A DNA stretch of 64,000 bases from an uncultured Eubacterium sp. (GCA_947089855.1 CAMUML010000020.1:140-64139), one strand, 5' to 3'. Positions 31,501 through 41,577 are shown, counted from the first letter of the stretch. Numbers and translations are program-made. Notes: generated by a model not told the origin, from the sequence alone.

Positions 31501-32851
31501 CCAGCTCATTATCTTTAAACGGCTTAAATTTCCAGCTGCCGAGCAGGTCTATTAACTGGTCTTCCGGCGCTGTCCCCGTCGCAGTGATCCGCACCAGCGG
31601 CTTGGTATCCAATACGATGTCTTTGCCCAGGACCGTACAGGAAAGCGTCACATTTGCACTGGAGTGGTCAATCTTATTTGGCAGTTTAAACGGGTTGGAA
31701 GCGTTCGTATAAAGCGTGTCCCCTCCCTTTACCGGAAACGTGGCCTTTTGGCCTTCTGCTACCGTTTCCCCCGTCTGCGCATCCGTCATAGAAATGGTTA
31801 CCGCCATCTCATTTTCCGTATCGCCGCAATATTGCGAATAACGGTCCCCAACGGTAATTTCATAAACAGCATTGACCTCCGGTTCCGAAGCCAGCGCTGC
31901 CTGTGGGGTTAGCAGGACTTTGCCTGTTACCATGCCCTGTACCAGCTTATTTCCAATCCCGCCGACGGCTTCTTTTACCGACTCTGCGATAAATGCATTG
32001 TCATATGCGCTGTTTTTAACCGTCAGGTCCAATGCATAGGAATCCGCATTGCCATAAAGGCTATAATAGAACCCGCCATAAGCGCCGCCGCGTTTGATAT
32101 AATAAGAGATAATGTCATTGGCGCCTTTTTCTGCAAAAGCATTGGCATCCTCTGACGCAGCGTCCATATAGGTATAAAACTTATTTGCTGTCTGGTTGGA
32201 AAAATTCCCATTCCCCGTGCCCTGATTGGTAGCAATGTCATAGAAATCTCCATAAACCGGCTTCCAAACATTGTTTCCGCTTTGGAAATCGCCGTTAATG
32301 CTTGCCATCATGCCAAATAGCTGCGGTTCGCCATTCCAGTTTCCATTGCCGTCGGTATAGGTAAGGATACTCGCCAGATAGCCGCCTGTCTGCGCGCCGA
32401 TTACTGCCCGGAACGCCGCCCCGGAAACCGTATGGAACTCTTCGTCTACCTTATGTACAATCGCATCGACCGCCTGGTATACACTCTGCCCACTGTTTTG
32501 CGCCGGGCTTTCAAAGGTAGGTTCTACCACTATGGCATCTACCGTATCGGTGCTGTCCAAAGCGCCATACAAAGAATCCTTTACCGCCTGCGATGTGCCA
32601 GCAAGCCCATCATCCGGCATTACATATAAAACCGGATATTTGCGTACATCGTTGGCCCCGTCGTATCCTGCCGGAAGCGATACTTGATAGCGGTATTCCA
32701 CGCCGTCGACCGTAACCGCCTGCTCCTGTGCCTCCCTGCCTGGCGGGCTGTCCGCTGCAGCCACCGGGCAGGTACCAACGCCTAAAACCAGGGCTACCGC
32801 CAACAAAACAGCGGTAAACTTACTTACAACTGGTTGTAAAAATGTTTTCAT
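28502..32851 (-). CDS. Large secreted multi-domain esterase (two alpha/beta-hydrolase domains, galactose-binding-like jelly roll, C-terminal Ig-like domain)
   Basis: Signal peptide; 'VSLPAGYD...YPVLY...GAQTGG' and 'VYLPEGY...YPT...GASMGG...GEHD'; 'LLGSWKF..GYAWY.KEF..D..FING..IG'; Ser/Gly linker; YSSSNTKIASVSKDG. Confidence 0.8.
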   Translation of the reverse strand: MKTFLQPVVSKFTAVLLAVALVLGVGTCPVAAADSPPGREAQEQAVTVDGVEYRYQVSLPAGYDGANDVRKYPVLYVMPDDGLAGTSQAVKDSLYGALDSTDTVDAIVVEPTFESPAQNSGQSVYQAVDAIVHKVDEEFHTVSGAAFRAVIGAQTGGYLASILTYTDGNGNWNGEPQLFGMMASINGDFQSGNNVWKPVYGDFYDIATNQGTGNGNFSNQTANKFYTYMDAASEDANAFAEKGANDIISYYIKRGGAYGGFYYSLYGNADSYALDLTVKNSAYDNAFIAESVKEAVGGIGNKLVQGMVTGKVLLTPQAALASEPEVNAVYEITVGDRYSQYCGDTENEMAVTISMTDAQTGETVAEGQKATFPVKGGDTLYTNASNPFKLPNKIDHSSANVTLSCTVLGKDIVLDTKPLVRITATGTAPEDQLIDLLGSWKFKPFKDNELVAGVLPQESEYADWEEVYPCLAWWNSDFSKNTDMNNYAGYAWYVKEFEIPDSFPQGEYVVPVGCFDETDICFINGQQIGCTGLNEQTWLHEKDCWDTERIYSINSEYLHIGDGVKNVMVVLTHNNSGGGGWYSGHPGLYSAAAYNKLTSKPSIYASNSDASAVKQAVDTQIKAIVKQDINAYGKTVDPAFFQSGVTKEMLLEDVQGSYLGSVTNIEDTNAYVFVQQDLFYYQADRTLTKTDGSTETQKVAEYYKIKYGTAYLYGQHDRFYTQSIDSKYKAQAVQSEEEEAAVKEAQPAETLQEDFLVYLPEGYFDAENADKRYPTAYVFHQLNSSSNSYAIDGIDKLLDEGIASGRIQDTILVIPDSKGDSWWHNGWDLMVTEEILPFIDAHYRTIPDARYRFTAGASMGGSGSYYIGLTHPDLFSGIISFFGAINMGENPLQIAQAQSDAYLDYYTHYFVSGNRDLYKFGIPAIALDQRLRQGGIAHFFELEEGEHDSPFYLPYVIDAFAYQTDALKMMDAETAKQLLSDLSINVSRVDANTVEVTYAAGITQALKNYFNTIPASEYTKEANPPLRVPVTVRIEQNGSTVASYRNTVDVTADTVALSDTVKVNSMDLNTDSYYTVKVTAGIFNQGVLIGERKVGQTSSSGGSSSGGSSSGGSSSGSTGSKPQEPEKPTDPGSGTVTPPEEPGPKDDVTVTTDTKEDGTTVVTQTTKKPDGTVEVSITETKPDGTQTVTSIKTENGVTNEIAVQKDAAGNTLKTTEKITYTDATYEAQVVIKTVKDKNNAITSASTVITKEAEAGSGNAKAVILGPSIKEMQKKAGTDNLKVKVKMVDKAGKKLYTLTVDSANLTAGNVLYLYAYNSATKKYTMVNAISYTVSRSGNLSLRAPKGSDYILLNEAKSQKVNKSILKTVKLQAAQKTVKVGRKLNIPFYKQMDMANVAKITYSSSNTKIASVSKDGVVKAKKKGNVVVKVKVAMKNGSTKTLSLKLKVKKA

Positions 32852-32968
32852 TATAATCCCCCTTACTTGTGCAGTTTTAACAACAATTTATTTGTTGTTG
32901 CTTTATTTTATACACAATTTGCATATATTGTCAACTATTATTTCCTATTTTTTGTCATTTTTAGACAG

Positions 32969-33880
32969 TCAAACATCATTCATTTGCGAACTACCAGAAA
33001 CTTTTAAATATTTCAACAGCGTTTCCGCCGCCAGGCCCTTCCCGCGCCCTTTATCCGAAACGACCTGGATCGACCGTTTGGGCAGCCGGCAATCGAGCTG
33101 GATCTGGAACAGCTGCTTTTTTTCCAGCAAAGGGGCCGCCAGCTGCCTAGGGACAAAGCCGATCCCAAAATTGTTTTCAATCAGCGGCAGCATAAGGCCC
33201 GAAGTGGCAACTTCCATATCTGGTTCAAAATCTATCCCCTGCCCGATAAAAAAGTCTTTATAAAGGCGGTAGGTGGCACTTCCCCTGCCAAGCCCGATCA
33301 GTGGATAGTTCTTAATATGGTCCAATGCCAATACCGCCGCACCCAAATCCTGGTAGTGCACGCCGCCTACCAGGATCTCTTCAAAATCCATAATATTCCT
33401 GCACAAAGCCGTTTTCGGCTGTTCAAATGGGGTGGTAACCACAGCAAAATCCAATTTCCCGCTTGTGAGGTTCCTTAAGGTTTCGGGGGTGGAATGGTTG
33501 TGGATCTTTATTTTTATTTCTGGAAATTCCAGCCTAAAATTGCGCAGCGCACGGAGCAAAAAAAGGTGCAGGGCTGTTTCGGTCGCCCCAATTTCAACCG
33601 TGCCGCAGCTTAAAGAGCCTTGCCTTGCGATTTCCTCCTGCGCACTTAACAAATGCCGGAATGCAACCTCTACATGGGAAAAAAGCAGCTTGCCTTTTTC
33701 TGTCATGCTAACCCCTCTTGCCCCGCGGATAAACAGGCTGCAGCCCAACTGCGATTCCAGCAGCTTCATAATACGCGTCACATTTGGCTGGTTGCTGCCC
33801 AGTGCAGCTGCAGCTTTTGTAATGTTTTCGTATTTTGCGACATAATAAAAAACCTTGTAGTATTCAAAATTTATATCCAT
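32969..33880 (-). CDS. LysR family transcriptional regulator
   Basis: N-terminal HTH 'NITKAAAALGSNQPNVTR..KLLE..LG..LF.R'; divergent from a MATE gene. Confidence 0.92.
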   Translation of the reverse strand: MDINFEYYKVFYYVAKYENITKAAAALGSNQPNVTRIMKLLESQLGCSLFIRGARGVSMTEKGKLLFSHVEVAFRHLLSAQEEIARQGSLSCGTVEIGATETALHLFLLRALRNFRLEFPEIKIKIHNHSTPETLRNLTSGKLDFAVVTTPFEQPKTALCRNIMDFEEILVGGVHYQDLGAAVLALDHIKNYPLIGLGRGSATYRLYKDFFIGQGIDFEPDMEVATSGLMLPLIENNFGIGFVPRQLAAPLLEKKQLFQIQLDCRLPKRSIQVVSDKGRGKGLAAETLLKYLKVSGSSQMNDV

Positions 33881-33994
33881 CTTCTTTTTATATGCCTCCA
33901 ATATAACATATGTATTTTTCATATCCTACAGCATCCATTATAATAAATACGCGAAAATATGCAAAGAAAAGTCAGAAAGAAAGGATACCTTGTT

Positions 33995-35335
33995 ATGAAT
34001 AAAGATTTAACTGTAGGAAAACCAGAAACTGTGTTATGGAAATTTTGCCTCCCCCTTTTTGGCAGCATTATCTTCCAACAGCTTTATAATATCGCAGACA
34101 GCCTTGTCGCCGGGAAATTTATCGGCGAGAACGCACTGGCTGCTGTGGGGAACAGTTATGAGGTTACTTTGATCTTCCTTGCGTTTGCATTTGGATGCAA
34201 CATGGGCTGTTCGATCATCGTTTCGCAGCTGTTTGGCGCAAAGGAATTTAGCAGGCTAAAAACTGCTATATCGACAGCCTGCATCTTCAGCGGCGCTACC
34301 TGTATGCTGTTGATGCTGGCCGGTATTTGCGGGACAGATCCCCTGCTTGGCCTGATGCAGACGCCAAAACAAGTATATGCCGACTCGAAGCTGTATCTGG
34401 ATATTTACATATGGGGGCTGCCGTTTGTATTTTTTTACAATATCGCAACCGGGATTTTTTCTGCTTTTGGCGATTCAAAGACCCCCTTTTATTTCCTTGC
34501 CGTATCCTCCACATCGAATATCGCCATTGATATTTTATTTGTCAAAGCGTTCCATATGGGGGTATCCGGTGTGGCATGGGCAACCTTTTTATGCCAAGGC
34601 GCCAGCTGTATCTTGGCCGTATATACGGTTTGGCTACGCCTTAAAAACATCCCATGCCAGGAAAAACCAGCCTTATTTGACACAGGGCTGCTAAAAAAAA
34701 TACTGGTGGTCGCTATACCAAGCACCTTACAGCAAAGCTTTATCTCCATAGGAAATATCCTGATCCAAAGCGTTATTAATGGGTTTGGCGCCTCTGTAAT
34801 GGCAGGGTATTCAGCTGCAGTAAAATTGAATAACCTGGTCATTACATCCTTTACCACGATTGGCAACGGCATTTCCAATTACACTGCACAAAACCTTGGC
34901 GCAAAACAATATAAGCGGATACGGGACGGCTTTTTTGCAGGTCTAAAAATTGTATGGTGCCTTTGCATCCCATTTTGTATCCTTTACCTTTTCTTCGGGA
35001 ACCACCTGCTCCTTTTATTTATGGAAAAAGGCTCCCACGCGGCTTTGTTAACTGGCCGCCAATTTTTATGGATACTGTCGCCGTTTTATTTTGTGGTGTC
35101 CGCAAAATTAGTTGCCGACGGCGTCCTTAGGGGAACCAGCGCTATGCGCCAGTTTATGGCAGCTACTTTTACGGATTTAATACTTCGTGTGCTGCTGGCC
35201 TTTGTACTGCCGGGCTGGACCAAAAGCGCCATCGGCATCTGGTGTGCATGGCCAGTCGGCTGGACTACCGCCACGGTACTTTCTATCTTCTTTTACCGCA
35301 AAGAATACAAAAAAATAAATAGAAAACCAAACTAA
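33995..35335 (+). CDS. MATE family efflux transporter
   Basis: QQLYNIADS..AG..IG..ALAAVG, GDSKTP and QNLGA motifs. Confidence 0.93.
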   Translation: MNKDLTVGKPETVLWKFCLPLFGSIIFQQLYNIADSLVAGKFIGENALAAVGNSYEVTLIFLAFAFGCNMGCSIIVSQLFGAKEFSRLKTAISTACIFSGATCMLLMLAGICGTDPLLGLMQTPKQVYADSKLYLDIYIWGLPFVFFYNIATGIFSAFGDSKTPFYFLAVSSTSNIAIDILFVKAFHMGVSGVAWATFLCQGASCILAVYTVWLRLKNIPCQEKPALFDTGLLKKILVVAIPSTLQQSFISIGNILIQSVINGFGASVMAGYSAAVKLNNLVITSFTTIGNGISNYTAQNLGAKQYKRIRDGFFAGLKIVWCLCIPFCILYLFFGNHLLLLFMEKGSHAALLTGRQFLWILSPFYFVVSAKLVADGVLRGTSAMRQFMAATFTDLILRVLLAFVLPGWTKSAIGIWCAWPVGWTTATVLSIFFYRKEYKKINRKPN

Positions 35336-35340
35336 TCTGG

Positions 35341-35380
35341 AAAACATGACACACCGGTGGCGTGTTTTGTCTGTTATAAT
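35341..35380 (+). promoter_or_regulatory. Putative WYL/YafY operator plus extended -10
   Basis: Imperfect palindrome AAAACATGACA-N6-TGGCGTGTTTT followed by TGtTATAAT. Confidence 0.5.
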
Positions 35381-35403
35381 TTGGTTTGCAAATGGGGTGC
35401 TTT

Positions 35404-36318
35404 ATGAAAATAGATAGGCTGATTGGTATTTTGTCCGTGCTTTTGCAGCGGACGCAAGTAACTGCGCCGGAACTGGCAAAGCAGTTTGAGGTTTCCAGGA
35501 GGACGATCAACAGGGATATTGAAGCTCTGTGCAGGGCGGGTATCCCAATCGCTACCATGCAGGGCACGGGCGGCGGCATCCGTATTATGGAAGGGTACCG
35601 GATAGACCGCACACTGCTTACTTCCAAGGATATGCAGATTATTTTGGCGGGCCTGCGAAGCCTGGACAGTGTAAGCGGAAGCAATTATTATAGCCGCCTG
35701 ATGGAAAAGCTAAAAGTTGGCTCTTCCCATTTTATCAGCGGCCAGGATTCTATTTTAATCGACTTGTCGTCCTGGTACAAAGATATGCTGGCCCCGAAGA
35801 TCGAAACCATTTTGCTTGCGGTTGAACAAAAGCACCTGCTTTCCTTCCGTTATTATTCCCCCAATGGGGAAAGCAGCCGGACAGTAGAACCCTATTACTT
35901 GATCTTTAAATGGTCAAGCTGGTACCTGTGGGGGTATTGCCGCAAGCGGATGGATTTTCGGATGTTTAAACTAAACCGGATGGACCAGCTAGAAACCGGG
36001 CAGCAAAGCTTTCAAGCACGGCCGGCCCCAATGCCGGATATGTCCAATGAACGGATCTTCCCTGGAAAGATAAAAGCAAAAGTGTTGTTTGAACCCCAGG
36101 TAAAATGGCGGCTGGTTGAGGAATTTGGCCCGCATTGCTTTGAAAAGCAGCCAGATGGCAGGCTTTTATTTACTGCCGATTACACCAACAAATGGAACCT
36201 GGCCAACTGGCTGCTGACCTTTGGCGCAGCGGCAGAAATCCTAGAACCAGCATCAATGCGGGAAGAACTGCTTCAGATTGGCAGGCATCTTGCAAAAATA
36301 TACGGGGACGGCAAATAA
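35404..36318 (+). CDS. YafY-family HTH-WYL transcriptional regulator
   Basis: VTAPELAKQFEVSRRTINRDI HTH; RTVEPYYLIFK..SWYL.GYC..R.DFRMFKL WYL domain. Confidence 0.93.
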   Translation: MKIDRLIGILSVLLQRTQVTAPELAKQFEVSRRTINRDIEALCRAGIPIATMQGTGGGIRIMEGYRIDRTLLTSKDMQIILAGLRSLDSVSGSNYYSRLMEKLKVGSSHFISGQDSILIDLSSWYKDMLAPKIETILLAVEQKHLLSFRYYSPNGESSRTVEPYYLIFKWSSWYLWGYCRKRMDFRMFKLNRMDQLETGQQSFQARPAPMPDMSNERIFPGKIKAKVLFEPQVKWRLVEEFGPHCFEKQPDGRLLFTADYTNKWNLANWLLTFGAAAEILEPASMREELLQIGRHLAKIYGDGK

Positions 36319-36349
36319 CGAAATCATATTCAGAAAGGCGGAAAAAGAT

Positions 36350-36658
36350 ATGGAAACAGGCAATATGGCACAAATCAGCGTCTGTGGTTCCGACTGCGGC
36401 GCATGCAGCTACTATGGCAGTTTATGCAAAGGATGCAGCACCTGCGAAGGCAAAGTGTTCCATGCACCAAAAGGCGGTGCGTGCCCAATTTATGATTGTG
36501 CAGTAAACCAAAAGCATTTTGCAGGCTGCGGCACCTGCGGGCAGGCTCCATGCCAAGTATGGCGGGACACAAGGGATCCGCAGTTAACCGATGAAGCTTT
36601 TGAACAAAGCATCCGCGAAAGGCTGAAAATGTTACAAACTTCTATTGATAAACTTTAA
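36350..36658 (+). CDS. Small Cys-rich protein (DUF3795-like)
   Basis: CGSDCGAC...CKGC...CPIYDC...CGTC...PC pattern. Confidence 0.8.
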   Translation: METGNMAQISVCGSDCGACSYYGSLCKGCSTCEGKVFHAPKGGACPIYDCAVNQKHFAGCGTCGQAPCQVWRDTRDPQLTDEAFEQSIRERLKMLQTSIDKL

Positions 36659-37507
36659 GATATTTGGGTTAAACGGCTGGACATCATTGTATAAAAATCC
36701 AATTTCACGGGGTGGGACTGGTTTTTGCAGCTCCAGCTCCATCAGGGAAAACGTACTTAATTCCTGTTCAACAAATTGTTTTACCACACAGGAAATACCG
36801 ATCCCCATTTTAGCAAACTCAATCAGCAGGTCCATATCGTTGATTTCTAAAATATGGGCTGGCACTATATTATTTTTTGCATAGTAATTATCGATATGCG
36901 TACGTGAACCATTGTCTTTATTAAGCAGCATGATATTGCCGTACTCAAAGACCCTGGCGTTTGGGCAGTTTAATTTCTGGCGGTAGGCAGGGGTACAGGC
37001 AAAGATATATTCGATCAGCCCCAAAGAATAATACCTGCCCATCCCCAGGGTTTCCGGCTTTGCTACAAGGGCCAGGTCTACCGTACATTTTTCTACCATA
37101 GAACAGGCCTGCGAAGAAGACGTACAAGTGATCGACACATCCGTATCTGGATACTTATGCGTAAATTCTTTCAAATAAGGCATCAAAAAAAATTTGCACA
37201 ATACATTGCTTGCTGCAATCCGCAGATACCCTGTATTTTTAGCCGACCGCAGCGTATTTTCCGTATCCGAAAGCAAATGGAGCGCCTGTTTCGCGCTACG
37301 GTATAGTATATTACCTGCTTCGGTCAGGGAAACCCCCTTGGATTTGCGTACAAAAAGCGTTGTATTTAGGCTTTCCTCTAATTTTTTTATCGCTACGCTG
37401 GCCGCGGGCTGGGAAATATATAATTGTGCAGCTGCCTTTGAAATGCTTTTGCATTCCGCTACCGACAGAAAGATTTTATATCTTGTAAGGTTGTCAAATG
37501 TGTCCAT
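36632..37507 (-). CDS. LysR family transcriptional regulator
   Basis: SISKAAAQLYISQPA.S.AIKKLEESL...LF.R HTH. Confidence 0.92.
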   Translation of the reverse strand: MDTFDNLTRYKIFLSVAECKSISKAAAQLYISQPAASVAIKKLEESLNTTLFVRKSKGVSLTEAGNILYRSAKQALHLLSDTENTLRSAKNTGYLRIAASNVLCKFFLMPYLKEFTHKYPDTDVSITCTSSSQACSMVEKCTVDLALVAKPETLGMGRYYSLGLIEYIFACTPAYRQKLNCPNARVFEYGNIMLLNKDNGSRTHIDNYYAKNNIVPAHILEINDMDLLIEFAKMGIGISCVVKQFVEQELSTFSLMELELQKPVPPREIGFLYNDVQPFNPNILKFINRSL

Positions 37508-37577
37508 AAATGCGTTCCTTTATTTGATGGGTTGCAGCCTTTTGGGGGATGTATTATGGCCGCGACATAGCCATCCC

Positions 37578-40500
37578 CTAATGCAGAAACTGGTGCAGCA
37601 CATCCATCAGCAATTCTATATCCAGCGGTTTTGCAATATGTGCATTCATGCCGCTTTTCAGCGCCGCCTCTTTATCCTCTTCCATCGCATTTGCCGTCAT
37701 AGCAATAATCGGCAATGTTTTTATATCGTTTCGGTGCATCGCCCGGATTGCTTTGGTCGCTTCATACCCATTCATTACCGGCATCTGGACATCCATCAGC
37801 ACTGCGTCATAATAGCCTTCTTCCGATTTTTCCACCATAGCGACCGCATCGGTTCCGTCCGGTGCAGTTTCTATAAGGAACCCGGCTTCTTCTAAGATAA
37901 ACTCTGCGATTTCCCGGTTCAGTTCTATATCTTCTACCAAAAGGAGCCGTTTGCCTGTGTAATCGGCCTGTTTCCAGACAGCTTCCTCCTGTGGGTCCCT
38001 GTGGCCGTCAATGTTGTTTGCTGCGATCAGCGCTGCTTTTAGGTCGGACATAAAAAGCGGTTTTGCACAAAAGGCGGTGACACCTGCTTCCTTTGCTTCT
38101 TGTTCAATATCGGTCCAGTCATAAGCGGTAAGGATTATAATCGGTGCGTCCTGGCCCACGACACTGCGGATTTTTTTTGCGGTTTCAATTCCGCTGGTTT
38201 CCGGCATCTGCCAGTCGATAATATAGGTATGGTAAGCATCCCCCTCTTCATAGGCGGATTTTGCACGGTATGCCGCCTCCCTTCCAGATGTCGTCCATTC
38301 GGAACGCATCCCGAGGCTTTTTAGCATTTTGCTTACACTGTCGCAGACATTGAAATCGTCGTCTACCACCAAAGAACGCAGGCCTTCCAGCTCTTTGATC
38401 TGTTCAGCGCTTTTTTCAACATCCTGAAGCTGCAGCGGGAGCTTTACCGTAAATGTGCTTCCCACTCCGACCTGGCTTTCAACCGTAATCTCGCCTCCCA
38501 TCATATCGACGATATTTTTCGTAATAGCCATGCCTAGCCCGGCGCCTTGAATATTGCTTCTGGTAGCTGTCGATTCCCGTTCAAACGGTTCAAATATATG
38601 CTCGACAAACTCCTTTGACATCCCAATCCCATTATCTTTGATAATAAAAACGAAATCGCCCCATCCATGTTTAAAGGTTGTATGCTGCGTAATGCGGAAG
38701 GTCACCGTCCCGCCTGCCGGGGTATATTTAACGGCATTGCCCATTAAATTAATAAAAATTTGGTTTAGCTTTAACGGGTCTGCAATAACATCTTCGTTTG
38801 CTACTTCAAACGTATCGATAAACATCTCCAATTGCTTGGATTTTACCTGAGGCTGGATGATATTTACGAGGTTATGCATTAATTCCGGGATATTGCATTC
38901 TTGATTATGGATCTGCAGTTTCCCGCTCTCAATCCGGCTCATATCCAAAATGTCGTTGATCAGGCCCAGCAAGTGGTTGCTGGATGAGAGGATCTTTTGC
39001 AGGCAGTCCCGTACCTGGTCTGTACGGTCCATATGGCTGGCTGCAATCGTGGCAAACCCGATGATCGCATTCATAGGTGTACGTATATCGTGGCTCATAT
39101 TGGACAAAAACGTCGTTTTTGCCTGATTGGCATGCTGTGCCTGCATTAAAGCATCTTGTAAAGCCTGTGTCTGTTCCCGCTGTTTTTGCACCTGTGCCGT
39201 AATATCCCTGGATACTACCATAGCAATCACGTCCCCGCTGCCTTCGTCACGCGTCATAGTAAAAGACTGGCGGACACACATAGGCTCTACCTTGCCGTCC
39301 CCACCCCAATAGTCTACATCGACTTCCATTCTCCCCTGTTCATACTGGGCGTTCAGATAATCTACATTTACAGTAACCGAATAATCTTCCTTTGATTCCG
39401 GCAGTACGAACTGCCTCCATTTTTCAAAACATTCCGATGCTTTGCATGGAACGGAAAGCCCCGCCAGTTTCAACAACGAGATTTCTTTACCATCCTTTAT
39501 ACGGGTAATGTCCTGCTCAATCTTATCTTTGGTCAGGTTGCACTCAAAAGCGCTAAAAGAATTGGACATAATAGCGATCCGGTATTGCCGTTCTTTCCGG
39601 TTTAAGACCGCCCGCTCCTGCTGCTCACGCAGTTCCTTTAACTTCAACTCAGTTACATTTTGACGGACAAATAAAACCCTGGCCGGTATCCCGTCTTTAC
39701 GCTCCAAGCAAACTGCGACCAAATGTTCCCATTCTTCCCTCCCATTACGGCAAACATGGCATTCATGGACTGCCGAATCTTTTGTGCGCAGGTTCTCTTT
39801 AAGCTCCCCAATCTGGCCAAATTGGTTGAATGCCTCTTTTTCTTCCTCCCCAATAAGGTCGGCGGCATGGAACTTCATAATCTGGCTGTACACACCCTCC
39901 ATAGGAATACTGGTGTTGACCGGCCCCGCGCCTGCCATATAGGTATAATGGTCGTCTTCTAGGTCTGCTATCAAATATCGGGATGAAAATAGGATATTCA
40001 CGCCGTGGAGCACATCACTAAAAGTTTTATTTTCCGTTTCCAGTTTTTTGCACTGCCTTCCCGCACGGACCACTAGGAAAACAATGTAAATTACAAACAG
40101 GGCGATCAGACAGATTTCCAAAACCACACCTGCCATATTCGCCCTTGCTACCATTGCCTGCGTAACATTTTGAGGGAATGTCTGTACAAGGACATAATTA
40201 TGCTTTGGCAGATTTATCACGCAAATATTGTCTGTCTTACATCCCTTGCTGCACAGGAGGGCAACCTCGCCGCCGTCCGTAAACACCGGCTGTGCCGCTT
40301 TGGCAGTTGCAGCATCGATCACGCCCGATTCGCTCAAAGAGTCCAGCAGCATATCCCCATAAGCCCCACCATTTGAACTGGCAAGGACCCTCCCATCTGT
40401 CGTACATAGGAACACGTCTGCATCCTCGCCAAAGTAACTGGTGGCAAGCATATCCCGTAGATACTCCTCGGCAAAGTACAGCCCCAAAAACATCCCGTCA

Positions 40501-40994
40501 ACATTCTTGCCACGGCATATCGGTGCATAAAAGACCATCATCGGCTTACCGGTAAGCCTAGACTTTTCCACTGTTTCCAGGCCGCTTTCCCCTTGCATCC
40601 CGCGCACAAAATAGTCCCGGTCCGAGCTGTCGTTCGTCCTCCCATTGGAAGCAAGGTTGATGCCGTCCGCATCAGTAAAACGGATGGCGTCAAACGTCGT
40701 ATTTGCTTCTAAACCTTTTAGCACCTGGGCGTTAATATTTGGCACACTTACGCCTGAACTGACTAAATAGGCGCTATTCTGGATGCGTTGCAGTGCATTG
40801 TCAAACTCGCTTTCAATCCGGTTTACCATTTGCCTGGCACAATCCTCCGCATATACCCTATTTTGCTCCTGGATACGCGCCTGATTCTGTGTCGTATAGA
40901 TGAAAAATAAAATAATTACGGCAACCAGGAAAAGCAATGCGTAAATAATTAATTTCCATGTTTTATTTTGTTGTTTCATTAAATTTTGGCGCAT
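37578..40994 (-). CDS. Hybrid sensor histidine kinase (Cache-like sensor, HisKA, HATPase, two receiver domains)
   Basis: Two TM segments; FLSNMSHDIRTPMN, NAVKYT, GAGLGM; receivers IIDWQMP and LMDVQMP. Confidence 0.93.
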   Translation of the reverse strand: MRQNLMKQQNKTWKLIIYALLFLVAVIILFFIYTTQNQARIQEQNRVYAEDCARQMVNRIESEFDNALQRIQNSAYLVSSGVSVPNINAQVLKGLEANTTFDAIRFTDADGINLASNGRTNDSSDRDYFVRGMQGESGLETVEKSRLTGKPMMVFYAPICRGKNVDGMFLGLYFAEEYLRDMLATSYFGEDADVFLCTTDGRVLASSNGGAYGDMLLDSLSESGVIDAATAKAAQPVFTDGGEVALLCSKGCKTDNICVINLPKHNYVLVQTFPQNVTQAMVARANMAGVVLEICLIALFVIYIVFLVVRAGRQCKKLETENKTFSDVLHGVNILFSSRYLIADLEDDHYTYMAGAGPVNTSIPMEGVYSQIMKFHAADLIGEEEKEAFNQFGQIGELKENLRTKDSAVHECHVCRNGREEWEHLVAVCLERKDGIPARVLFVRQNVTELKLKELREQQERAVLNRKERQYRIAIMSNSFSAFECNLTKDKIEQDITRIKDGKEISLLKLAGLSVPCKASECFEKWRQFVLPESKEDYSVTVNVDYLNAQYEQGRMEVDVDYWGGDGKVEPMCVRQSFTMTRDEGSGDVIAMVVSRDITAQVQKQREQTQALQDALMQAQHANQAKTTFLSNMSHDIRTPMNAIIGFATIAASHMDRTDQVRDCLQKILSSSNHLLGLINDILDMSRIESGKLQIHNQECNIPELMHNLVNIIQPQVKSKQLEMFIDTFEVANEDVIADPLKLNQIFINLMGNAVKYTPAGGTVTFRITQHTTFKHGWGDFVFIIKDNGIGMSKEFVEHIFEPFERESTATRSNIQGAGLGMAITKNIVDMMGGEITVESQVGVGSTFTVKLPLQLQDVEKSAEQIKELEGLRSLVVDDDFNVCDSVSKMLKSLGMRSEWTTSGREAAYRAKSAYEEGDAYHTYIIDWQMPETSGIETAKKIRSVVGQDAPIIILTAYDWTDIEQEAKEAGVTAFCAKPLFMSDLKAALIAANNIDGHRDPQEEAVWKQADYTGKRLLLVEDIELNREIAEFILEEAGFLIETAPDGTDAVAMVEKSEEGYYDAVLMDVQMPVMNGYEATKAIRAMHRNDIKTLPIIAMTANAMEEDKEAALKSGMNAHIAKPLDIELLMDVLHQFLH

Positions 40995-41127
40995 ATTTGC
41001 TGCCTGGCTTTTACCGGATAACAGATTGCACCATAACCTCCCCTTTATCGCACAATTTTAATAGTTATTATACAATAACAGCTGGATGAATATCAAGTGC
41101 TATGCCCTAATTTTCGCGGCGGCTTTT

Positions 41128-41179
41128 TATTCACGGGCCAGGAATGCGCATTTACTGCGCGTTCCGTAAGAACATGATT
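41128..41179. repeat. Truncated copy of the MITE at 10690
   Basis: TATTCACGGGCCAGGAATGCGCAT..ACTGCGC.TTCCGT.AGAACATGATT is near-identical to about 10695-10746. Confidence 0.8.
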
Positions 41180-41237
41180 GGGCTTTCATAAAAATAGGGC
41201 CTGCGTCCTGTAATATTCCTACAAGACACAAACCCTG

Positions 41238-41420
41238 TTATTTTCCCTTATCGCTTTCTTCCCGGACCCCTACTTCCAAGTACCACACGATCTTGTCTTC
41301 ATCTATGTATTCGTAATCCTTCTCTTCACAAAACCTGCGGCAGTCCTGCTCGCTCCCGTAATAAAGCGGTTTGCGGATCCCGCTTGGGCTGGCTTTGTAT
41401 ACGCACCATTTATCATCCAT
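41238..41420 (-). CDS. Small hypothetical protein (60 aa)
   Basis: AAGGAGG RBS before ATG; plausible composition. Confidence 0.65.
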   Translation of the reverse strand: MDDKWCVYKASPSGIRKPLYYGSEQDCRRFCEEKDYEYIDEDKIVWYLEVGVREESDKGK

Positions 41421-41577
41421 TTGAAAGCCTCCTTAACAACATATTTTATTTCCTGTTACTTTTCCTATTATGCCACTGGACTGTAGGTACGTCAATAGGC
41501 GGCTGCCGTATCATAGACTTTTCCTTTTAGGCATGTTATAATCGTGGCAAGAAACGGTCGAGAAAGGAGATTTATCA

